A stretch of DNA of 64,000 nucleotides from the human T2T-CHM13v2.0 reference genome, Homo sapiens, in assembly GCF_009914755.1 (NCBI RefSeq), contig NC_060925.1, one strand, 5' to 3'. Shown here piece by piece: positions 1 to 12,230 of this stretch. A program made the position numbers and the translations under genes. Under the pieces are notes generated by a model. The model saw nothing but the letters and a program-made list of their open reading frames with translations. It was not told the DNA's origin and ran no database searches. Position 1 is the first letter of the stretch, and each line of letters opens with the position of its first letter.

Positions 1-1354
1 CTGCAATTAATCTGTAGGTTTGCATAGAGTAGCAATTTGGACCGTTTATGTATTTTTCTCTCAATAAATTGTTTTAGAAGCTAGATTACTTTGCAGCATA
101 AAGCACCTACTTTTTCTTCTGACTTACCTGTTTCCAGTGTTGTATTTTGTCCTCTCCCCTCAGTTTCCTACTTTTCCCTCAGATTGCCTTAGCTTCTGCT
201 TTGCTTATGTTCTTCCCACTATTTGATGTGTATGTCATACATTTATCACCTTGTTACTGCTTATGGCTGTTTTCCTTTTCCCACATTTCCTTTACAGTCT
301 GTTACTTCCTTTCTTTTTACTTCTTTTTACTTCTGTTACTTCCTTTCCTCATTCTCTCCTCCTCTATTTCTGTTTGCCTTGGTTTCCTCATTTGTTGAAA
401 TCGTTTTCTTAAAGGAGTTTCTTAAAGGTTATAGTGAGTTGACTCATGGATTAATCAAAGTGTTTCTTTTTAACTTTATTTTATTGTCAGGCCTTATTAG
501 CCAGCAGAATAATAAAGCCAATCATAGTATATTCTTAAGTTTGAGTAAACTTTTGTTGAACTTATTTGGTTATTTGAGGTTTCACTAAAGAATGTGAGTT
601 AGAAAAATGGCAGAGTGATAGGGATGTGCTTTCATGTCTGAGTATTGACCTGTGATGTAATGGGTGCAAGAATGAAACATAGTTGCCATATGCAGTGATG
701 TGATCTTGGGATATGAGACAATTTGTACTCTCAACCTGCATGACTAGATATTTATAGCAGAAATGCTAAAATGAAAACAAAAACAAGAACTTTGTTCTTG
801 AAAAAACTTCTAATTAGACTTTAAAGTTTTGGAATATAGTAAAAAAAATAGTGACTGGAACTTAGTAAATTAGAAAGGTTTGTTTTGATGTGAGAAGTAT
901 GGCCTGTACCCCACCTTCTTGGTACTTGGTAGTTGCTTGTATTCTCTTTAAAGATTTACCTATACAATAGTTAGAAGTGAAATATAATATTAAGACCAAA
1001 TTATTTTATAGGATATTAACAAATTAAGCAAATAAATTAAGTTTTATTTTTATAGATGAGACCATTCACTTTTATATATCAAAATGCTAGCTTGCATGTA
1101 TCAATATAGAGACATTACTCTTAGACTCAAATGATCTAGAATATGAACTTCCAAGTTAGAGTTTATTTGCAAAAGAAGTTGAATCATAAAATATCTAAAT
1201 TACTTGAATTATATTTCTCTTATAATCATTCTTCTATTTGCTTAGCAATAAGATATTATCTGTGATGGGCTTCCTTTTTCTTTTTACTCTCTGCTATTAC
1301 TCCTTAACTTTTTGTCTTTAAAAAAAGTTGCAAGGTACTAGCACTAAACATTCA

Positions 1355-1506
<152 letters not shown>

Positions 1507-2420
1507 GGAGTGAATAAAATAGGAACCTCTAAATAGTATTTATCTTTGCAATAGCTTTTATAAAATTTGAGATTCAAACTCCTTGTTTGATACACTCTAA
1601 ATCCAAGTGGGGGTAACTTGTTTTAATTCCAAATTTGTACTTAAGTGTGGGAATAGCTCATCTTTTTCAAATACATTCTAAATAAAAAAAAAAATGGGTA
1701 GGATCTGCTTATATAACTCATACTGTTATATGTGTTTTTTTGGTTGTTTTTTTTTTTTTTTTAACCCAAGCTTACATAGGTTTTCTCTAATGCTAGGTGA
1801 TCTGAAGGAAATCATTAAAATCTTTGGGTTGTTTGAAATTCCTTGCCTCTCTATTTGAAGTTAGTCTGGATCAAAGGGACCAGGATTTAAGTTTTTAAAA
1901 GAAACTTTGTCAAAATAAAAACTCCTTTAGGGAGACTTATGCAAATACTCAGTTGGACTTTTCAAATATAGTACTTAAATCCAGAAATAAATGTGTATTA
2001 CTATATACAAATTTAATTGCCTTCCAAAATATATTACACCAAAGGGATATTCATTTTATGCTTTGAAGTTGGGTTCAGAAAAAATTTTTTTGTGTGACCT
2101 GGTGATGTCTGTACATTGTTATTAATTTGGATTATAAGTTTTCTTTGGAACAGTTCAAGGGGCTTTGTCTTTAGAAACAAGATGATATGTTACCAGGACC
2201 TTACCTCCTTTTTCATTCTTCTTGCCTCCCTCTTTCTTTCACTCATCCTCTTGAAAAGGTTATAGTCATTTATCACTGTGAGAATAGGCACTGCAAATAC
2301 TATTATGAATATGAGACCATTATCCTTCCCTTCCTCCTCCCATCCCCAGAGATATGGTGAGAGATCTTGTAAAACTTAGTTTTTGGCAATGTCAAAAGGT
2401 GTAAATAAGTTAAGATCATA

Positions 2421-2750
2421 GGCCAGGTGTGGTGGCTCACACCTATAATCCCAGCAATCTGAGAGGCCAAGGCAGGAGGATCTCTTGAGCCCAAGAAGTT
2501 CGAGACCAGCCTGGGCAACACAGCATGACCTCATCTCTACTAAAAATTAAAATTAAAATAATTAGCCGGGGACGGTAGCCTGCCCCTGTAGTACCAGGTA
2601 TTCAGGAAGCTGAGGCAGGAGGATTGGTTGAGCCCAGGAGTTTGAGGCTGCAGTGAGCCATGATTGTACCACTGCAGTCCAGCTTGGTTGTCAGAGCAAG
2701 ACTCTGTCATTCATTCATTCATTAAAAAGGAAGGAAGGAAAGGGAAAAAA
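2421..2750 (+). mobile_element. Alu (AluJ-like) with CATT/GGAA-converted tail
   Basis: Dimeric Alu; TSD aagatcata on both sides. Confidence 0.92.
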
Positions 2751-4584
2751 AGATCATAATAACAATGACTGAGCATTTTTCATATGCTCCTGGCTTTCTA
2801 AAATCTGAGTTCAGCTGTGGTTGTCCTGGACACTGTCTGAGTCGCTGTTGTCAGTGTATCAGTATCAACAGGAACCATCATTGCAAATACAGTCAGAGAT
2901 TGGGAAAAGCAATTGTTTCCAAAAGTTATGCTTCTTTGATCTAAATAAATGGTACATTTTAGCTTTATGCAAGATTAGGGATTATTTTAGAGATTTATGA
3001 CAATTCCATTTGTTCCTATATAGGGGATCTGAGCTTGACGCTTGATGCTGGATTTGACTAACTCCCTGCAAAGCCAGCAGGGTGTAGATGTGTATTACCA
3101 AGGCATTACACTTGGCAAAGGAAGGAATGAATGCTGCATTGCCTAATATCCCATAGGGATGGGAAGGAGGAGTGTATAACATTCCTTCAGTGTGATTGAG
3201 GGCTGTGTAGACTGTATGAGTAAGACAATGTGACTTGAAGATATTAAGTAGAGTCCATACTTAGGTCATTAGAATTCTTGGTCATTGACCTAGATATCAG
3301 GAAAGCAAATAGTGTTGGGTGATTAACCAGGGCAGATGCCTTAATTTAGGAATGCAACAAATAACTTACTAGTTTTCATTTTTCCAGCTCCTCAACCTTT
3401 TCTTTCATCTTTCATTCTCTTGTTAGTATTAGGCATGGTCGGTGACAGATCTTTGCCAAGGTCTAATACTGAATATTACTAACAGCATGGTGATAAATGT
3501 CTCTTCTGTTTCTTTTTAAGGCACAGGTTATCTTGTTGCTAACATAACTCAGAACTCTGATACCATGACCTGCTTAGTAAATAAAATACTTTCCTGCTAT
3601 CAATAATTGTGTACGCTTACTTTTTGTTGTTATTGTTGCTTTGTAACCAAAGTATTAGAATGCCCATCTCCTTTGCTGTTTCTTTGCAAATTCAGTGCCT
3701 GAACCAATACTTATAACCTATTTGTCATGGCAATTTTCATTATAAGATTAGGTAGTGAGTTGTTGTATAGAAATAGAAATATGAGAATTCACTTTAAATA
3801 TTTACCCTCTTCATTTTTGTCAAAAGTGTAATGATCCTGGCTTGAGTACCTGGAACAGGTTAACCTGTGGATTTTTCTTCTCTAAAATATTTAAGGTTAA
3901 AGGTGCCTCTGATGACTGCTACAGGTTTTATCTAGCCCCAGTTACAGCATTCTGAGTCTTTTGGGTGTGCCCCAACATAGTAGCATACTTTATGGCAAAT
4001 ATATGGTCGCTTGATATGAGCATTGGGACAGCTCTCTTCTTGTGTTTACACTTCACAATACGAACTGGAGCATTTGCTGATCCACACCCAGGAGGTTCAT
4101 TCTGGCTAACAGCCCAGTAAAGTCTACCATTTGGGATGGTAATGGTCAGCTAGGACTTGCCTAGGCTTTCAGCATTGGAGTTTGCAATAAATATGCGAAA
4201 GATACCTTGGTCTTGAAGAGCCTGACTGTGGAGCATGCCAATCAATTGTAATGAGTTTTGTTTCAGTGTTTTTGAAATGGCATTTGCTGAGCTTAGTGAC
4301 ATGCTGTCCTTAAATATGTTAGGATACCCTTTTGCCTTCTATGACTTAATTGTAGTTTCTAATGTATGTCATTTATAAATATATTCTTTCAGCCAGGCCT
4401 AAGTTTTGAGCCTAACAACACGTCTGTGTTGGTATATTTTCAAGAGTTTTTTAAGAGACCTAAGTAAAATATTCTAGCATATTTCTTATACTCTTAAATT
4501 CTGATATAAATAAATATCCTTACTCCTGCCCATTTGTCATTACCTTATTTCTTATCTTTTCACAACCATCTTGCAGAATTTTAT

Positions 4585-5035
4585 TGTTTCAGGCTGAAAG
4601 AGTGAGGGTTGTGATCAACTCAGTATACCATTGGAGGTTATAAGAGTAAACAGCAAACTGTTCTCATAAATGCAGAATGTTGGCAAACTGACAAACTGCA
4701 TCTGCCGCCCAGAAGGAATGCTGAGGGAATTCACGCCCCAAGCGCAGTGTTTCTTGTGATTAGGCACATTTGAAGCCTGTTAGCAATAATGTGAACCTGT
4801 GATCAATCAAGCAGCTGACCAATCGTTATCTGCTTCTCTCTGCTCCTTCTACCCAGTAAATATGAAGGGCTGTAGAAGCTGAGGGCTGCTGCCTTTGCTC
4901 ACTAGAAGCAAGGAGCTCTCTTCTTCTTCCCCGGACTTCTTCTTTAAAACAGTTTCTTTTAAGTTTTCATTTCTGCATTTGTCCCCCCTTCATTCAGTCC
5001 TGTGGTAACCGTAGTAACTGTGGCAAACTGCGGCA
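4585..5035 (+). repeat. 5' LTR (LTR3-like)
   Basis: Begins TGTTTCAGGCTGAAAGAGTGAGG and ends CGGCA; about 92% identical by eye to 6932-7380. Confidence 0.92.
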
Positions 5036-5037
5036 AG

Positions 5038-5055
5038 TGGCACCCAAACAGGGGC
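5038..5055 (+). promoter_or_regulatory. Primer binding site, tRNA-Lys(UUU)/Lys3 type
   Basis: TGGCACCCAAACAGGGGC is 15/18 identical to TGGCGCCCGAACAGGGAC; two of the mismatches are CpG-decay changes; it lies 2 nt after the LTR terminal CA. Confidence 0.88.
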
Positions 5056-5459
5056 GAACAGGGACAGATAGAGACTAGCAGAGACTTGCAGGGACAGGGA
5101 GGGACAGACAGGGACAGATAGGGTCCTATAGGGACTTGAATGAGGAAGGTATGCTGGAACAGAGAAAGTGAGACTGACCAGACGAACAAGAAACCCCTTT
5201 ACAAGTCTGCCAGCAGCAATATAAGGTCAGTGCCCTAAAGAGGTAAAGAGAATGGGAAGTTTTTGAATCAGGGTAACATGGGGAAGAATTTGGCTATTTC
5301 TTTTCTCTTTTCTGTTTGGAATTTGGTTCATATTGTCCTTTTGTCATTATTTCAAAATTCGAGAGAATTTTTTGCACCACCCACAGCACCTATCAAGGGT
5401 GGTGAACAGAAGAGGGAGGATGAAAATTGCCTTGTACGGTCTTCTTTTATGGCTACAGG

Positions 5460-5900
5460 AAGGCTAACTTTAACTTTGGCTTTTGAGATTGCAAACGTGG
5501 ACTGTAAATGTGCACTGGCACCTGTGAGATGTACAAAAAACTTGGGAGGTTTTCTCAGAGCTTGTCAAGATATGGGAACTGAGCTTCATTGCTCTACAAT
5601 GTTGGTTCAAGCAATGGCCTATTTGGTAGTTGATCCAAGGGGACTAAAGTGGGAAAATGTCATAAGTGTAGAAAAATTGGACATTTCAAAAAAGAATGCT
5701 GTCAGACCTCTGGGCAGAAGGGATCTTATAACACGGTTCCCCTCTCAACAGAAAAAATGCCAGGACTTTGCCCTCATTGCAATAAGTGAAATAAATCATT
5801 GTGCTAATCAATGCCATTCAAAATGTCATCAAAACGGCACCTCCCTGTTGGGAAATGAGAAGGGGGCCTGGACCCGGGCACCTCAAACATTGAGGACATT
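5460..5900 (+). pseudogene. gag remnant (capsid C-terminal part plus nucleocapsid zinc knuckles)
   Basis: LAFEIANVDCKCAL...FLRACQDMG resembles the betaretroviral CA C-terminus. Intact CX2CX4HX4C (CHKCRKIGHFKKEC) at 5658-5699; second knuckle (CPHCNK...HCANQC) is frameshifted. Decayed slippery site GGGAAAT at 5850-5856. Confidence 0.85.
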
Positions 5901-5939
5901 CCCCATCCAGGCCACAATTCTGTTTCAGGGGTGGGTCTC

Positions 5940-6410
5940 CAGAGGCATATTGATTCCCTCTCCCCAGGAACACCTGGAAGCGCAGTATTGGATTTCCCAG
6001 TCAGAGAACTGGTTACATTAATTGGAGGAAACAAACCCACTAAGATTCCCACTGGTATTTGGGGACCTTTGCCAACAGGATACATGGGATTAATTTTGGG
6101 CACAAGTCATCTTAACTTATAGGGCATTACTATAGTCCCAGGAGTTGTTGATTTTGATTGTGAAGGAGAAATTCAGGTAGTGGTATTGTCACAAGATCTT
6201 TGGGTTTTTGAACTGGGAAAATATATTGCTCAACTGTTGCTTATTCCCTGTAAATTGCACCCTTCTCCACGAAAGGAGAGATGAGGGAATCGAGGGATTT
6301 GGAAGTACAACTACATGGGAAGTTTATCACAACCCATAGTATCTAGTAGACCCACTTGTGCAGTGCAGATTGAAGAAAAGAAGTTGTGTGGGCTTATGGA
6401 TATGGGAGCA
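5940..6410 (+). pseudogene. dUTPase-protease remnant
   Basis: TPGSAVLD...IPTGIWGPLPTGYMGLILG..LNL*GITIVPGVVDFDCEGEIQV...IAQLLLIP carries betaretroviral dUTPase motifs. Protease active site reads GLMDMGA (DTG decayed) at 6390-6410, then is cut off. Confidence 0.88.
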
Positions 6411-6765
6411 AGAGACGGGTCTCTCATGGTGATAGATCTTGAGGATTGATTTTTTTACTGTGCTATTGCACGAGAAGAATAAACCTTGATTTGTTTTCTC
6501 TGTGCCTTCTGTTAATCAGAAAGAGCCTGCCTCTTGTTATCAATGGAAAGTTTTACCCCGGGGTAATTAACCAAAGAGGCAGAAGCTGAGATACAGCTTG
6601 TGGAGCAGATGCTTCAGCAACGGCATGCCTCCTGGCTGCAGCCACAAAAGCCTTTGCTTTTGTTTGGGTTGATTTACTAATGTGGGTATGAGGGTATGCT
6701 TGTGTTTTTATAGGAAATGTACAAACCGTGTGGGTGCCCTCAAGATGTGTGCAACCACGGAACTG
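6411..6765 (+). pseudogene. Fused fragments of pol (RT motif A/B region, RT thumb, integrase C-terminus)
   Basis: LMVIDLED*FF...FSVPSVNQKEPASCYQWKVLPRG (RT), LTKEAEAEIQLVEQ (thumb) and LLMWV*GYACVF...VWVPSRCV (IN C-term) are directly abutting. No YxDD, RNase H or IN core. Confidence 0.8.
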
Positions 6766-6913
6766 GAGACTGGAGGGAGCCATGGATCCCAACCACCGGC
6801 TTGGTTCCCTCAGTAGGAGCCATAAGCCAGTTGAATTTGAATGTGAAGACTGAACGAACCACCAACCGGCAATTAAGGGCTGCACAGCCTGCAATTGCCT
6901 TTCTCAATTAATT

Positions 6914-6931
6914 AAAAAACAAAGGGAGAGA
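6914..6931 (+). promoter_or_regulatory. Polypurine tract
   Basis: AAAAAACAAAGGGAGAGA immediately before the 3' LTR TG. Confidence 0.85.
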
Positions 6932-7380
6932 TGGTGCAGGCCGAAAGAGTGGGGATCGTGATCAACTTAGTATACCACTGGAGGCTATATGAGTAAACAG
7001 CAAACTTTTCATAAATGCAGAATGTTGGCAAACTGACAAACTGCATCTGCCGCCCAGAAGGAATGCTGAGGGAAGTCACGCCCGGAGCGCAGTGTTTCTT
7101 GTGATTAGGCACATTGAAGCCTGTTAGCAATAATGTGAACCTGTGATCAATCAAACAGCTGACCAGTCGTTATCTGCTCCTCCCTGCTCTGTCTACCCAG
7201 TAAATATGAAGGGCTGTAGAAGCTCAGGGCTGCTGCCTTTGCTCACTAGAAGCAGGGAGCCCTCTTCTTCCCCTGATCTCTTCTTTAAAACAGTTGCTTT
7301 TGTTTTAAGTTTTCATTTCTGCGTCTGTCCCCCTTCGTTCAGTCCTGTGGTAACCGTAGTAACTGTGGCAAACCACAGCA
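6932..7380 (+). repeat. 3' LTR (LTR3-like)
   Basis: Direct repeat of 4585-5035, ends CAGCA, followed by TSD TTTTAT. Confidence 0.92.
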
Positions 7381-8767
7381 TTTTATTTCATATAAACAAA
7401 TTTCTGAAGCTAGATATAGCATGACATAATTTTGAACTGTTTGAACTTCTGAATAACTAATGCACGTGTTTTCAACATATAAAACAACTCCCTCTACATT
7501 AGTGAAATATCTAACCCTACTAGCCCTAATGTTTTCTACGTTAGAGCTTGGGTAGCTTAAGGTTCTTTCCTTGCCAAAAATATTACCACATATTACAGAA
7601 AGTTTCAATAAAATGGGATTTGAATTTTCATTTTCCTTTTTCCATACAACTTCATTTTATTTTTGGGAATGTGATGTGTCATTTTCTTAATGTTGCTGTA
7701 ATCTAAGTTATACTTAATCTAAGCCTTTAGCAATGATGACAGGTGTTTGTATGCAGGTGATATTTATATTCCTACGGAGTCTAACTTTTGGAAAATTAGT
7801 TTGCATGTATTTTTATTTCATGACATACAGTAAAGGTAACCTTCTCTATAAATGTTTGATGTCTTACAGAAAATTTCAGTGTATTAGTTATAACCTCTCA
7901 ATCTATGCATACCACATGCATGTAGATTCATTTAGAGTTTGGGAACAAAATACAACTGAAACTGTTAAAGAGAATGTTCTGATTAGACTCTTCAAGACAT
8001 AGTGGTCTTCATTCAAGGAGTAAATCTCCTGCCAAGAGTTTCTATCATAAAAGTAAAATATTACATTTTGAAATGCTGTATCACAAACCAAAAATATTTT
8101 GGAAACTCTCCAGAGCCCATGGATTTATTGTAATTTGCTTTTAAATCATAGTGCAGCACAGATTATATATTTAGATGATCTACAGTCTACTTATTTTGTT
8201 ATGGCTGAAGTGATTCAGCTTGTTTTTGATATAAAACTATCAAATATGAGCCTTCTGTCCTCTAAAACATAACACTATACTTTGTGTGGGAGAAAAACTC
8301 TTGTTAAAGACAAAATGTTCCCTTGAATTCCAGTGTGAAATCCGCAATAAACTAACCTGCTTGAGTTAGTTTTCACATTTAAAAACTTTTCTTTATAGTA
8401 ATTTTTTGGTTACGTTAAGGAGGGTTGGAATTTTGCCTATTTTTTAGCATTAGTCAGACTTTTTTCTTCACAGAAAAATGAAAAACTACGTCTTCTCTGA
8501 AATTTAATGATCTCTATGGTTTTTGCTTTAAAATATGTACCCCAGTTTCTGATCACTATTAAAATTTTTGATAGTATATAAATTAATATTAAGTAAATTT
8601 CATTCTAGATGACCAAAATGCTTTCTGTATAGTGATAAAATGCATACGGTTTTCTAGTCTATAATCAAATGAAGCAAAGATCATAATAAATAAAAACTAA
8701 GATTTTCCAGATTCACTTATTTCTAAGACACTTTATCACAGAAATCATATTTGCTACTATAAGATTA

Positions 8768-9073
<306 letters not shown>

Positions 9074-9479
9074 GTAATTGGCAATTAAGCTACAGACTTA
9101 TACTTAATGACTCACTATAAGTGAAAACTCTTTATTTTTTTTTCCTTGTTTAAAAATATTTCTGTCAATGCCATGGGAAAATTCTACCTTCAAAACAAAA
9201 AAATAAAATTATAAAAACTACCCAAGAATATGCTTGCATGTTAGCTTCTGGAGCAACCTCTACTGAGAAAAGGGTGAAAGCTAATTACTATCATTCCTTA
9301 TTATTCAGTAGCAGTTTAGTATTCAGAATTTAAAAGCTGAGAATAGTGTAACATATTGTGGGGCCCATATAAATCAGCAGTAAAATAGGATTTTGTATGC
9401 TGAATATTAATTTACAGACTACATTTCAATACTGTATTCTGCTTAATAAAGGATATATGTAATAACAAGTTATAAAATG

Positions 9480-10900
9480 TCAATTGTTCAATAAACATTT
9501 GTCAAGTATAAATATTTGACCTAGTACATGGTATAATATACTTTATATCCCTTCTTAAGGGGTATAAAAATGATTATAATAGAACCTGTGCCTTTACATA
9601 TAGATTAAGAGGGTAAAAGAGATATATAAATGACCACAATAAAAAAAGACATGTGCTAAGTACCATGAGGGATCTCAGGTCATGTATGTAACTTAGAATA
9701 GAAAGAGAGAATTTCTGGCTTAGGTAATCAGAGAAGGTTTCATGTTGTTTGCTGTGTGTTGTGAAGAATGGATGGGATTATGGAAGTTGGAAATGTGAAC
9801 AAAGGCCATTGCTGGTAGAGAGACTAGCACAAGCACTGAGGGTGTGAGGGTGTGTGTGAAAGCTTGTTTGGAGTAAAGCAAATTCTGTTTGGCAAGGGCA
9901 GTGAGTGGGAGGGGAAAGAGCCCAGATAATGGAGAATCTTGTGTGCCAGCTAAGATGTTTAAACTAGTGGGGGAGCCATGAGTGTTTTTTTGGACTGAAG
10001 AGCAGCTTGATCAGATCTATCTCTTATATGATGTATCGAGAAGCTCTATGTTGCTTAGATAAGGTAGAAAAGGTAGGAGACCATAGATAGGGTCACATCT
10101 ATTAGGCTGTTGTAGTAATTCAAGGGAAAGTTAATCTAAGAAAGTAGCAGAGGAAATGGAAAGGATGGGTATATGTGACAATGGCTAGGACTTGGGAATG
10201 AATGAACAAGGGTATACAGGGTGTAAAGGTCAAAGATGACTCCTGCCCTAGCTCAGGATGCAGCACAGATCTGGTGTTCAATAAATACATATTTAAGTGA
10301 AAATTTTGGGCTTAAATGACTGAAAGGGTGCGCAGAAGTAGGAAAATCAAGAAGTTGTTTGAGGATGATAAGATCATTTGTATTTTAAATTGAGTTTGAG
10401 CTGCTGGCAGGATATATACATTGAAATGTCCTTAGAGAGTAGAAGCTGCAGAAATGGAACTTATAATAGAAATTGGAGTGTGACAATATAGGCAGGAGAC
10501 ATAAAGCAGAAAGTTCAAAGGAAAAGACCCTTGGATATTGCTCAAGATTTAGAATAACAGAATTAAGAAGATCTGCCAAGAAAATGGAATAGAGGTTAAA
10601 GAGATAGAGAATGTTAGGATAATGGAAACTAAGTAAAGAGAAAAGAGTATTTACCAACAAAGTTGGTAAATGAAGAAATGTAAAGAAAATGAATATTGAG
10701 AAAGGACCACTGGGTTTCATTTTTGAAGAAACAGTTTTATTAGATGGTAGTTAAGATTGTAGGAAGTGAAGGAACGAGATGGGGTTAAAACTTGAGTATT
10801 GTCTGGCAAAGGAAAGGAAAAGATAGGTAAGTAGCCTGAGGACTAGCAGGCCAAGGGAAGGAATTTTTCAGGCTAGGGGAAAACTAAATATTTTTTGTAA
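9480..10900 (-). mobile_element. Degraded L2 LINE fragments
   Basis: Purine-rich L2-like tracts (e.g. taggctgttgtagtaattcaag, aaagatgactcc, ttgagtttgag); boundaries loose. Confidence 0.55.
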
Positions 10901-10993
10901 GTAATAATTTGACAAAGATGGAAAAATGAAGATGGACTTGGGGAGGCAGAGTGAGACAGAGTAAAGAGACATGGTGGTCAAGATTGAGAGTAC

Positions 10994-11204
10994 CTGTGTC
11001 CAGTAAGACTGTCTGTAGTGATGACAATATTCTCTATTTGCACTGCCCAATTCAGAAGCCGTGAACTGCATATGACTCTTGAGCACTTGAAATGTGACGC
11101 CTTGTGCAACTGGAACACTGAGATTTTTAAATTTCATTTAATATGAATCAATTTAAAATTAAGTCACCACATGTGGCTTGTGGCTACCTTATTGGGGAGC
11201 AAAG
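10994..11204. mobile_element. MER3-like hAT-Charlie DNA transposon fossil
   Basis: ttgagcacttgaaatgtg...ccacatgtggcttgtggctacc matches the recalled MER3 consensus. Confidence 0.8.
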
Positions 11205-12084
11205 ATACAGTGGATAAATACAGTAATTAATAGCAGGAAAAAGGGTTGGACACTGAGAGATAAGGGACAAGTTCCAGAAAAAGTTTGAAGTACAGGCAGT
11301 AGTGTTTAAAGGAACTCATAGTCAAATAGTTTCATTCTTTCCCATAAAATAGGTGGCATCATTTGCTGAGAAGGTTAAGGTAGGGAGCATGAGAAAGATT
11401 TCCAGCCATGCTTGTGGAGATTTCCAGTGGAGAATCTATGATAGATGAGATGAATCACAGCCGCATTATAAGCCCTCTGGAGTTGAGAGTGTGCATTTGT
11501 TTTAGGTCTCTGCTTCCTTGTCTGGTGACTTTTTTCGGTAACATTTCTAAATCTAAGAGAGAAAGGAAAAAAAGAAGGGCAGGGAGAGCAAGTTTAGTGG
11601 AGCTCTTTGAAAGGCTGGAATGCTGGTGAAGTAAATAAATGCTGACGATGAGCTCTTAACTAAGCACAAAGCAAGTAAAAATAGGAAAGGACATGGATAA
11701 AGACTCTAGAGCCACGAGGTCATAAGGGTGAATATGTCAGACTATGGAAGACCGGCAAGGCCATAAAATTTTCTGTTGTAAAAATTGTAGATTTTAGAGG
11801 TAGAATTTTCAACAGGAAATGAGATAAGAAAGAAGAAATGTCTGTCGTTGGGTAAGAGGAATATATAAGACAGATGTACATATTTCCAAATTGTTGGGGA
11901 GGAATTTCAGCATCCCTTGAATTTTTTTTGTTTTCCTGCAATTTGCTTGCAATATTGTCTTTGCTCCAGACTTGCTAATTCAACTTTGAATGCATGGTCT
12001 TTTCTTAAATAATCCAGGTTTGAGTAGTAAAATTGGGATTTATCTTATCTATTTGCAGTGATATCCAAATTCATAAAAACTGAA

Positions 12085-12230
12085 TTCAGAGCCAGCAGGG
12101 ACCTATGAGATCATCTCATCTAGTGTTTGGATTTTGTAGATAAGGAGACTGTAACCTCTTGATTCAGTGATGAGTTCAAGGTTACATAGCCAGTGAGTGG
12201 TAGAGCTGAGACTAACTTCAAGTCTTCAGT
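12085..12230 (-). mobile_element. MIR SINE
   Basis: ttttgtagataaggagactg...aaggttacatagccagtgagtggtagagctg core. Confidence 0.65.

Larger units (their letters stand above)
4585..7380 (+). mobile_element. Internally deleted betaretrovirus-like ERV provirus, HERV-K(HML-6)/HERVK3-LTR3-like
   Basis: Two ~450-bp direct repeats with TG...CA ends, 6-bp TSD TTTTAT (4579-4584 and 7381-7386), Lys3-type PBS, PPT, and gag, dUTPase, pro, RT and IN remnants. Confidence 0.92.

Noticed and set aside
147-588. Hydrophobic ORFs at the window start
   Set aside because: T-rich low-complexity intron sequence yields Phe/Leu-rich frames; non-ATG starts and no splice support.
3908-3956. ctgatga...ctga as a C/D box snoRNA
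   Set aside because: Too short, imperfect C box and no convincing terminal stem.
5046-5140. Periodic repeat with variable positions as a CRISPR-like array
   Set aside because: Units are 10 bp with no real spacers, there are no cas genes, and the context is a primate retroviral leader.
5263-6021. 252-aa ORF in the provirus as a functional Gag protein
   Set aside because: It starts at TTG, drifts in and out of the true gag frame (the intact zinc knuckle is in another frame) and lacks MA and most of CA; a chance open frame over decayed gag.
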